Below are positions 9,659 through 16,817 of a stretch of 32,000 nt of DNA, one piece after another. The position numbers were made by a program, and so were the translations under genes. The DNA lies in the NCBI RefSeq assembly GCF_900167395.1, contig NZ_FUWK01000014.1:18458-50457 (forward strand), in the 5' to 3' direction. The first letter of the stretch is position 1, and each line of letters begins with the position of its first letter. The notes beneath the pieces were generated by a model. That model made no database searches, had not been told where the DNA came from, and saw only the letters and a list, made by a program, of their open reading frames with translations. The DNA is from Nitrosomonas europaea (GTDB lineage: Bacteria; Pseudomonadota; Gammaproteobacteria; Burkholderiales; Nitrosomonadaceae).

Positions 9659-10642
9659 ATGCACCTATCAAACAGTCCGAATTCGCATGACCCTGATGCA
9701 CAGGCACGATTCTGGTTCGCACGGCAGCAGGGTCAGACTTTGTCGGAAGCGGAACAGCAGCAACTGGCTGAATGGCTGGCTGCCAATCCACTGCATCAGG
9801 ATGCCTGGCGGCGTGTGGAGGAGGACTGGCTGGCAATCGACCGTTATCGTCATGCACTGAATGATGAGTTGAAAAAGGCACGCCGTAACCGTCCCGGACA
9901 GCATAAAGCGGCCTTTCAACTTAAACGACGGGCGGCAGCTGCAGCTCTGTTGGTGGCAGTATGCATTCCTGTGCTGTATCAGGGCATGACCGGAACGACA
10001 ACATACTGGAACACCTTGAAAGGTGAACAGCAGCAGATCACCCTGGCCGGTGGCTCCACTCTGAATCTGGATACTGCAACGCGTATCACTGTCACGCAGA
10101 ACTGGTTCACACATCATGTCCAGCTGCATGAAGGTGAAATCTATCTGGAGACGGCATCATCCGACTGGCATACTTTGAGAGTGAGTGCGGAGCATTACGA
10201 AATTCGTGATATCGGCACACGTTTTTCGGTCAGGTATATCCCTGATCAGTTCATGGTCGAAGTTGCTGAAGGTACGGTTGAAGTAAAAAAACAGGGACAG
10301 CTGGTGTTACTGCAAGCGGGTGAAGTACTTTCCATCATTACCGGCAGTAATGAATGGAGGCTGGCGGCACTGCCGGCAGGGGATATCGCTCACTGGCGCA
10401 AAGGTCTGCTGGTATTCAATGCACACCGGCTGCATGACGTATTACACGAAATCGCACGCTATCATACGGTTCAATTCGATCTGGCCGATTCCGCCATTGG
10501 CGAGATACAGGTCAGCGGTCGTTTCAAGCTCGATGAGCTCGATACCAATCTGCAAATCATCGCCGATACACTGAAAATCAATATCGAACACCCGGCACCC
10601 GGCCGTTACAGGCTGGGTGCCTTGCGGCAATCAACACGCTGA
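9659..10642 (+). CDS. FecR-family transmembrane anti-sigma factor (anti-sigma 1)
   Basis: N-terminal anti-sigma segment (ARFWFARQQ), one TM helix (AAAALLVAVCIPVLY) and a periplasmic FecR domain with IRDIGTRFSV. That Gly-Thr matches the position of the autoproteolytic GT described for FoxR/FecR-type proteins. Confidence 0.9.
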   Translation: MHLSNSPNSHDPDAQARFWFARQQGQTLSEAEQQQLAEWLAANPLHQDAWRRVEEDWLAIDRYRHALNDELKKARRNRPGQHKAAFQLKRRAAAAALLVAVCIPVLYQGMTGTTTYWNTLKGEQQQITLAGGSTLNLDTATRITVTQNWFTHHVQLHEGEIYLETASSDWHTLRVSAEHYEIRDIGTRFSVRYIPDQFMVEVAEGTVEVKKQGQLVLLQAGEVLSIITGSNEWRLAALPAGDIAHWRKGLLVFNAHRLHDVLHEIARYHTVQFDLADSAIGEIQVSGRFKLDELDTNLQIIADTLKINIEHPAPGRYRLGALRQSTR

Positions 10643-10753
10643 GGGACACACACGCATTCACCGAAGTATCATGCTGTGTGTGCCGTATATCGATCACGAG
10701 TCGGAAAGTAGCCGGGATTATTTACTATCAGTTCATCCCGGCCCTCGTACTTG

Positions 10754-11377
10754 TTATTTGAAATGTCTGATACGGGTATATTCTCCTTCAGTTTTGAGCG
10801 TAATCGTCATCGGGGTGGATGTCCGGTTTCGCCAGAACCACCCATGATCACCGTCAAAAGCTGCTTCTAAGACGCCTTCCCGCATTTGTCCGGTCCCCTT
10901 GCTGTAACTATGGTAGTTGATCTTCAGTTCTTTTGAATCTCCATGCTGATCAAAAACAGCTGTTCCACCATTAGTCCGCCAAACGTAGTGAACTTTACTT
11001 CCCTTTGTCATCGTCACCTTGATCTCAGTACCTTGATTTGGGGCAAGCGTTATCTTTTTTTCATGACTCATCTCTGATTTTGGAGCAAGCGGCAGAGATT
11101 CTGTTACTGCTGTTACCGCTTCAGATAATTCGATCTGCAGGCTGGCAGCCGCATTCGCCCGATCTGCAGTTGCTTCTTCTGTCAGAGAAACTTTGATTTC
11201 TCCCATTCTTTTCAGACCGGTGATTTCACCGAAACCGGTTGGATCGATACCGTATTCCGCAGGCATTACAACAGTGACGAGTAAAAATATCGCAGTCAGT
11301 AATGCAATGACGGTAGATCTGATCAATCTGCCGGTTGAGGGTATCTCATGAGTTGAAGGTATGTTTGCGTTATACAT
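10754..11377 (-). CDS. membrane-anchored periplasmic protein of unknown function (N-terminal TM anchor plus His/Trp-containing beta-rich C-terminal domain)
   Basis: 207-aa ORF with a TM anchor (LIRSTVIALLTAIFLLVTVVMPA). The C-terminal ~110 aa are beta-like (KVHYVWRTNGGTAVFDQHGD, NYHSYSKG, FDGDHGWFWRN). It begins 20 nt downstream of the HupE-type gene on the same strand. I recognise no characterised family. Confidence 0.7.
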   Translation of the reverse strand: MYNANIPSTHEIPSTGRLIRSTVIALLTAIFLLVTVVMPAEYGIDPTGFGEITGLKRMGEIKVSLTEEATADRANAAASLQIELSEAVTAVTESLPLAPKSEMSHEKKITLAPNQGTEIKVTMTKGSKVHYVWRTNGGTAVFDQHGDSKELKINYHSYSKGTGQMREGVLEAAFDGDHGWFWRNRTSTPMTITLKTEGEYTRIRHFK

Positions 11378-11397
11378 AATTTTTCCTGTAAGAATAA

Positions 11398-12081
11398 TCA
11401 GATAGTGCTGAATAAAATGAAATGGCCTGTAATCTGGTATCCCATCAAGAGGAAGCCGAGCATCATCATGAATGTATTGGTGTTATAGGCGTGGTTCATG
11501 AATTTTCCGGATTTCCTCCAATATGCAATTGCGATCAGAATGGCCGCCAGTGCCAGAATTTGTCCGATCTCGACACCGATATTGAAGAAAATGAGATTTG
11601 GCAGGAGTCCATCAGCCGGTAATTCGTACTCCAGGATCTTGGTGGCAAGGCCAAAACCATGAAACAGTCCGAAGATAAAAGTGGCAATCTTTGTATCAGG
11701 CTGAAAACCAAACCAGCGCTGAAAGGCTCCCATATTGTCCAGAGATTTGTAAACGATGGAAAATCCGATGATTGCATCGATCAGATAAGGGCTGACAGCA
11801 ACCTCAAACAGAACACCGGATAACAGCGTAATGACATGGCCGGCAGCGAACAGCGTGACATAAATACAGATGTCCTTCAGTCGATACAAAAAGAAAATCA
11901 CACCCAGCAGAAAAAGCAGATGATCGTGACCGGTCATCATATGTTTTGCGCCGAGATAAATAAAAGGTATCGGCAATATGCCGGTACTTTCCAGGATATA
12001 GCCCTTGTCACCCTCGGTGACACCATGCGCAGTAACATCAGAAGTAACTCCAAAAATTACTGCGATAAAAAGAGCCTTCAT
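11398..12081 (-). CDS. HupE/UreJ-family (HupE_UreJ_2-like) integral membrane metal permease
   Basis: Signal-like N-terminus (MKALFIAVIFGVTSDVTAHG) if started at ATG 12081; the ORF track extends to 12153. It has the GAKHMMTGHDHLLFLLGV motif (H-x3-G-x-DH-LL) followed by about 5 further TM helices. Confidence 0.8.
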   Translation of the reverse strand: MKALFIAVIFGVTSDVTAHGVTEGDKGYILESTGILPIPFIYLGAKHMMTGHDHLLFLLGVIFFLYRLKDICIYVTLFAAGHVITLLSGVLFEVAVSPYLIDAIIGFSIVYKSLDNMGAFQRWFGFQPDTKIATFIFGLFHGFGLATKILEYELPADGLLPNLIFFNIGVEIGQILALAAILIAIAYWRKSGKFMNHAYNTNTFMMMLGFLLMGYQITGHFILFSTI

Positions 12082-12364
12082 ACATAAACAAGTCAACACG
12101 CCATGCTCCACAGGAGATGACATTTTCATTTCAGTCATGCAAATTGTCTCCATGAATTACAGTCCGTGGATCCGGAATTTCCGTAAACCGCGGCGATGGA
12201 ACGGGTGCTGCAACAGTACTGGTTCTGTCAGGAATATAGCCTTTCCCCTGTCAAGTATCCGAGACAATGATTACCAGATGAAACCGGTAATACTGAGACA
12301 GGACATACAACAGACTGAAATCGCACTGGCGCTGACTGAGCCGTCAGCACACCCGATTGTGAAA

Positions 12365-12763
12365 TTAGTACCTGATTTCTAAAGAAGCGGTATTTCGAGG
12401 AGGGCGGAACGGTAAATCAAGAGTTGATTCAGGAATGCCGGCAGGAAAGAATCCGGGGATATTTTCCTTTCCCGGGAGAGATGGAATAATCGGTAGCAAG
12501 ATAAAATAGAAAGGCTGAAACTGCCCGGCTGCATGCAGGATTAAATGATCTGTGAAATCCGGATCGTTATCGAGGGTTTCGTCATGATGCTGATGAAACC
12601 CTGTATCTGCTGCGTGATCATGGTACGAATGATGATGATCGAATCTATGCGATACATGGAAATGATCAAGCTCATGTTTGAAGATTTCCTGATGGAATGA
12701 CCAGGCAACTGCATTTGTCAATAAACTGACAAACAGTATCAGAAGAATAAAATTGTCGGTCAT
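12365..12763 (-). CDS. His-rich secreted or membrane-anchored protein, unknown function (probable metal-binding)
   Basis: Preferred start is ATG 12763 (MTDNFILLILFVSLLTNAVAW), with AAGAGA 5 nt upstream. Alternative starts are ATG 12778 or the ORF-track GTG 12874. There are 15 His in a 55-residue stretch (FHQEIFKHELDHFHVSHRFDHHHSYHDHAADTGFHQHHDE...HLILH). It is the first gene downstream of operator site B. Confidence 0.65.
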   Translation of the reverse strand: MTDNFILLILFVSLLTNAVAWSFHQEIFKHELDHFHVSHRFDHHHSYHDHAADTGFHQHHDETLDNDPDFTDHLILHAAGQFQPFYFILLPIIPSLPGKENIPGFFPAGIPESTLDLPFRPPRNTASLEIRY

Positions 12764-13141
12764 ATATCTCTTGCCCATGGCAGCAAAACTGTATACACAC
12801 CCGATCAGATCGTCAACTTTTCTGATCTGATAAAAGGTGGTTTGATGATTGCACTGATTTTTCCTGAAAATCACACTGAAAACAGCTGACTAAATCCTGA
12901 CGACAGTGGACGAAAAGTGACATAAAAACAATGGCAGGAGAAGTAGAAAAAAAACGCCTGTCGATTTATAAAAAGACTATAAAAGGACAGGCAGAAGTAG
13001 AGGAGGGAAGCAATTACTTACCGGTGAGCACACTTTCATCCAGACAAGATCCGAAAGAAAAACCTGCATTCTTTCTCATGAATCTATATTCATATTGCAG
13101 ATATGAATCCGGATATCAGAGGTGGTACAGATAATGAGCCA

Positions 13142-13187
13142 ATTATGTTCTCAAACATCCTGTTTGAGAATGTGACATATTGTCGCA
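13142..13187 (-). promoter_or_regulatory. Palindromic operator plus promoter, site B (minus strand, faces the His-rich/HupE operon)
   Basis: On the minus strand: TGCGACAATATGTCACA (13187-13171), TTCTCA (13170-13165), a 17-nt spacer and CATAAT (13147-13142). The phasing is identical to the four sigma-gene sites. Confidence 0.55.
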
Positions 13188-13253
13188 TCGCTTATTTGGC
13201 GAGGCTTTTGGCTGAAAAGAAGTGCAAAATTCGAGTTGAAATGTATCGAGATA

Positions 13254-13284
13254 GGAACGGTCAGCTAAGCTGACCGTTCCTTTT
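13254..13284 (+). terminator. Rho-independent terminator-like hairpin (plus strand), no annotated gene upstream
   Basis: GGAACGGTCAGC / GCTGACCGTTCC forms a 12-bp perfect stem (13254-13265 and 13269-13280) with a 3-nt loop, followed by TTTT (13281-13284). There is no A-run on the other side, so it is plus-oriented. Confidence 0.55.
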
Positions 13285-13552
13285 CACATCATCCGGCATG
13301 CGAGTTCACAATCGCTGCACGGGCGAACGGAGAACATCCTGCTCGCTTCATGTCCCGGTTTTAAAATGTGCAATGTGGTAAGAAACTGCACCTAAGCAGG
13401 TGCCTCATTTCTGTTTGGCCTGTACGATATCTTCTGATATACCCTGATAACTCTTTGAAAATCATACATATACACATAGAAAAAGCTCAGAGACTTCAGT
13501 AACGCTGCTGTATGCAAAGGTGGGCATGATGTAAAGGTGTCCGCAAATCTGT

Positions 13553-13579
13553 TTGTCCACTTTTTCCGACCCGTGCGTC
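13553..13579 (+). promoter_or_regulatory. candidate ECF (FecI-type) promoter of receptor 1
   Basis: TTGTCC (13553-13558), 17 nt, then CGTC (13576-13579), 55 nt before the ATG. Similar elements precede the other three receptor genes. Confidence 0.35.
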
Positions 13580-13630
13580 CTGTAAGTAGCAAAAGATCAG
13601 AACGATCAACTTACAGGGAGTACGTCGAAA

Positions 13631-15994
13631 ATGCAGCACTATCTGTCAATCATGATTTTAATTCTGCTGTTGCCGGTTGCTCATGCCCAGACCGGGGCAG
13701 CAGGAAGCACTTCAACGGCGATCAACTGGCATCTGTCAGCCCAGCCTTTGAGCACAGCATTGCAGCAACTGGCTGAACACAGCAATACCAGTATCATGTT
13801 TGATGCAGCAACTGTCCGTAACATTCAGGCTCCATCCCTCCGTGGCCAGTACACGCCGCTGGAAGCATTGAAAAAACTATTGTCCGGCAGCGGCCTGCAG
13901 GCCGAGGAAACGGTACCCGGCAGGTTCAGTATCGTACAGGCAGCAACAACCGTACAGCAGTTACCGGAAATGACTGTCACCGGCGCTCCTGATCCGGATT
14001 CACCGTACAGCACGCAATATAAAGTACCTGATACGACGACGGCGACCAGGACGAAAACGCCGATCATGGAAACACCGATGTCGATACAGGTGGTGCCTAA
14101 ATCAGTGATGAACGATCAGCAGGCGATTACGCTGGAGCAGTCGCTAAGAAACGTCAGTGGCGTTTTTCACGGGATTGGTCAAGGTGGGGTGGAATTTCTT
14201 AATATCCGTGGTTTTCAGACTTGGGATTACTATCGAAACGGTGTGCGGTTTACATCTGCACAGACACAAACTGGTTACCGAGAAGTGGCCAATCTGGAAA
14301 GGATAGAAGTCCTCAAGGGGCCAGCTTCGATTCTGTATGGTCGGATCGAGCCGGGGGGAATGGTCAATCTGGTGCCGAAAACACCACAAGCCACGCCGTA
14401 TTATTCATTACAGCAACAATTCGGTTCATATAATCTGTTTCGTACCACGCTGGATGCTACGGGTGGATTGAATCAGGATAGTTCATTGCTGTACCGTCTG
14501 AATTTTGCCTATGAAGATAAGGGTTCGTTTCGCGAGTTTGTTGATAATCATCATTTCTTCGTGGCACCAGTGTTGCAATGGCAAATATCTGACCGTACCC
14601 AGATTACCGCTGAGATGGAATATAAGACCGGCAAGTACTCAGTGGACTATGGTTTTCCGGCGATTGGCAACCGACCAGCCAACTTGCCGATCAATCGTCA
14701 ACTGGGCGAATCATTTAATAGTGCTAAATTTGATGAAATTACAGCCGGATTCCACTGGTCTCATGCATTCAATGACAACTGGGAGATAAAACACCGTTTC
14801 TATCTGCAACGAACTGACGAAGGCGATGATGTTGTGATACCGTCGGCATTACGAACAGATAACCGTACTCTCGATCGTTTTTATGCGGGATTCAGAAACG
14901 CTAAAGTAGATACCTATACGACAAATATGGACTTGACGGGCCATGTTGAAACATTCGGGACCCAACATACGCTGCTGATGGGTGGCGATTATTACAATTT
15001 CAGAAATCGCCGCCTCATGATTTCGAATTTTGATTTTCCGTCCATTGATATTTTTAATCCGGTGCATAGTGGCACAGCTATTCGGGATTCGGCCAATGAT
15101 AGTCCTTATGACAGAAGAGATGACTGGTTTGGTCTGTATTTCCAGGATCAGATAAAATTACCCTATAACGTGCATGTGCTGGCAGGTTTCCGCTACGACA
15201 ATGCCGAGATAAAAAACATATCCGGAAGGAAAAGCGCGCAGGATAAAATTTCACCGCGTGTTGGCGTGTTATGGCAACCGATTCCAGCTCTTTCATTTTA
15301 CGGCAATTATATCGAGAATTTCGGCGCTCCAAATTTAGGCACGAGTGGACTCGACGGGCAGCCACTTCCAGCTGAAACAGCACAACAATGGGAAGCCGGG
15401 ATAAAAACAGAATTTTTTGACGGACGTTTTAGTGCAACACTTGCCTGGTTCCAGCTCACCAAGCAAAACATTGCAACCCCTCACCCTGATCCACAACTGG
15501 CGCTGCAGAGAATTTCAGTATTGACCGGAGAGGCGCGCAATCAAGGCGTTGAATTCGATATTACCGGTGAATTGTTACCTGGCTGGCAGTTGATTGCCAA
15601 TTATACTTATATCGATTCGGAAATAACCAAAACCAATAACAATATGCAGTTGGGTAACCGCTTCCCGAATGTACCCGAACACGCCGGTAATATCTGGACC
15701 ACTTATGCCTTTCAGAATGAAACCTTGCGTGGGTTGAAAATTGGTGGCGGTGTGACGCTCAGAGGAAAACGTGAAGGCAATCCGGAAAATGATTTTCAGA
15801 TGCCTGGTTACGCAGTTTTTAACCTGATGACGAGTTATGCAATGAAAATGGGTAAAACCCGGGTGACGGCACAGTTGAATGTCAATAATCTGTTTAATGA
15901 GGAATATTTCCCCGGTAGTGGTGGATTCAATCGTGCGCGTATCTTTGTAGGTACACCACGTGTATTTCTGGGCTCGCTCCGGGTCGAGTATTAA
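13631..15994 (+). CDS. TonB-dependent siderophore receptor with N-terminal STN signalling domain (transducer 1)
   Basis: Signal peptide (MQHYLSIMILILLLPVAHAQ) and an STN-like segment (LSTALQQLAEHSNTSIMFDAATV...LLSGSGLQAEE). TonB-box-like LPEMTVTG, plug motifs (TPMSIQVVPK, IEVLKGPASILYGRIEPGG) and a long barrel ending in LRVEY. Confidence 0.93.
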   Translation: MQHYLSIMILILLLPVAHAQTGAAGSTSTAINWHLSAQPLSTALQQLAEHSNTSIMFDAATVRNIQAPSLRGQYTPLEALKKLLSGSGLQAEETVPGRFSIVQAATTVQQLPEMTVTGAPDPDSPYSTQYKVPDTTTATRTKTPIMETPMSIQVVPKSVMNDQQAITLEQSLRNVSGVFHGIGQGGVEFLNIRGFQTWDYYRNGVRFTSAQTQTGYREVANLERIEVLKGPASILYGRIEPGGMVNLVPKTPQATPYYSLQQQFGSYNLFRTTLDATGGLNQDSSLLYRLNFAYEDKGSFREFVDNHHFFVAPVLQWQISDRTQITAEMEYKTGKYSVDYGFPAIGNRPANLPINRQLGESFNSAKFDEITAGFHWSHAFNDNWEIKHRFYLQRTDEGDDVVIPSALRTDNRTLDRFYAGFRNAKVDTYTTNMDLTGHVETFGTQHTLLMGGDYYNFRNRRLMISNFDFPSIDIFNPVHSGTAIRDSANDSPYDRRDDWFGLYFQDQIKLPYNVHVLAGFRYDNAEIKNISGRKSAQDKISPRVGVLWQPIPALSFYGNYIENFGAPNLGTSGLDGQPLPAETAQQWEAGIKTEFFDGRFSATLAWFQLTKQNIATPHPDPQLALQRISVLTGEARNQGVEFDITGELLPGWQLIANYTYIDSEITKTNNNMQLGNRFPNVPEHAGNIWTTYAFQNETLRGLKIGGGVTLRGKREGNPENDFQMPGYAVFNLMTSYAMKMGKTRVTAQLNVNNLFNEEYFPGSGGFNRARIFVGTPRVFLGSLRVEY
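13961..15994 (+). repeat. High-identity paralogous segment, copy 1 (plug plus barrel of receptor 1), matches 18226-20259
   Basis: Both copies are 2034 nt. They share long runs of identical nucleotides, for example gacgaaaacgccgatcatggaaacaccgatgtcgatacaggtggtgcctaaatcagt. Similarity starts at ttaccggaaatgactgtcacc and ends at the stop codon. Confidence 0.9.
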
Positions 15995-16170
15995 CCAGAA
16001 GATTGTGGCGGATCACCTTACAGGTATCCGCCAGGACTACACATCTGATGACAGGTTGAATTTCGATACATCAGCCGCTTTCGGGTGATTCTCATGGCAG
16101 CCTCATGCTTTACATGGCAATCCGGCAACGGATGGAGGTTATGATGAAAGCATGCCAGCAGGCCTTTCTC

Positions 16171-16216
16171 TGCGACAATTTGTCGCATTCCACCCTTATG
16201 GCAAACACAGCATAAT
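16171..16216 (+). promoter_or_regulatory. Palindromic operator plus promoter, site C (upstream of ECF sigma 2)
   Basis: Perfect 8-1-8 palindrome TGCGACAATTTGTCGCA (16171-16187), TTCCAC, a 17-nt spacer and CATAAT (16211-16216), 34 nt before ATG 16251. Confidence 0.65.
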
Positions 16217-16250
16217 CATGCTCTTTTTAGCCCATTATGCCTTGCTGTCC

Positions 16251-16751
16251 ATGACCACCAGTTGTACCAATGATGAACTGTTCCTCCAGTTACGTAATGA
16301 CTTGCTGAATTTTCTGTATCGCAAGGTGGGGAGAGATGAAGCAGCTGATATGGTCCAGGAAGTTTATCTGCGCTGGCGTAAACAGGATGTTTCATCCATC
16401 GAAAATCCTCGCGCGTTTTTGTTTACGGTTGCGCTCAACCTGATTCGTGACAGCTCACGCCAGCAAATTCGTGTGGACAAACATACCACCGAAATACAGA
16501 ACTTCTTTGAAATCGGCAATGCTGCGGACGATCCGGCACGACGTTATGACGGCCAAAGACAACTGGCAAGTTTGCTGCACGCATTGAATCAGCTACCGGA
16601 ACCGGTAGGCCATGCATTTCTCCTGTTTCGTTACGATGGTATGACTCATGCACAAATTGCCAAACAACTGGGCGTTTCCAGCAAAACAGTGGAACGCTAT
16701 ATTCAGCGTGCAGGTGAACATTGTCTGGCTATACTGGCAGAGTATCGGTGA
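16251..16751 (+). CDS. ECF sigma factor, FecI group (sigma 2)
   Basis: Start moved from ORF-track 16152 to ATG 16251. The extension would cover the operator and the -10 box. MTTSCTNDELFLQLRNDLL aligns residue-for-residue with sigma 1 (MTITYSGDELFLQLRGDLL), and both proteins are then 166 aa. Confidence 0.9.
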   Translation: MTTSCTNDELFLQLRNDLLNFLYRKVGRDEAADMVQEVYLRWRKQDVSSIENPRAFLFTVALNLIRDSSRQQIRVDKHTTEIQNFFEIGNAADDPARRYDGQRQLASLLHALNQLPEPVGHAFLLFRYDGMTHAQIAKQLGVSSKTVERYIQRAGEHCLAILAEYR

Positions 16752-16817
16752 TAATCATCTTTTGTCGATCATGCCTGTCCTGAATGTCCTGTGGTTAAAA
16801 GCGCAGGAGAAAATTGC

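Noticed and set aside
10645-10695. ACACACA / TGTGTGT inverted repeat after anti-sigma 1, considered as a terminator.
   Set aside because: The stem is imperfect with a loop of about 25 nt and no T-run, which is too weak to call.
12082-12364. Cobalamin or NiCo riboswitch upstream of the HupE-type gene.
   Set aside because: Only vague resemblances were found (GGGGAAAGG, ACUGUUGCAGCACCCG in the wrong order). No B12 box or recognisable conserved core was seen. It is kept only as a region to scan computationally.
12931-13134. 67-aa plus-strand ORF in the non-coding region upstream of the His-rich gene.
   Set aside because: It has no RBS and a Lys/Glu-rich composition without motifs. It lies within the predicted 5' leader of the minus-strand operon.
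16007-16032. GGCGGAT ... ATCCGCC hairpin after receptor 1, considered as a terminator.
   Set aside because: It has a 7-bp stem, a 12-nt loop and no following T-run. It might still act as a weak terminator, but the evidence is insufficient.
16152-16250. 5' extensions of the sigma ORFs proposed by the ORF track (also 23119-23208 and 27294-27464).
   Set aside because: The extensions run across the palindromic operator and the -10 hexamer. Their translations have no similarity among paralogues. The downstream ATGs give N-termini that align with sigma 1.
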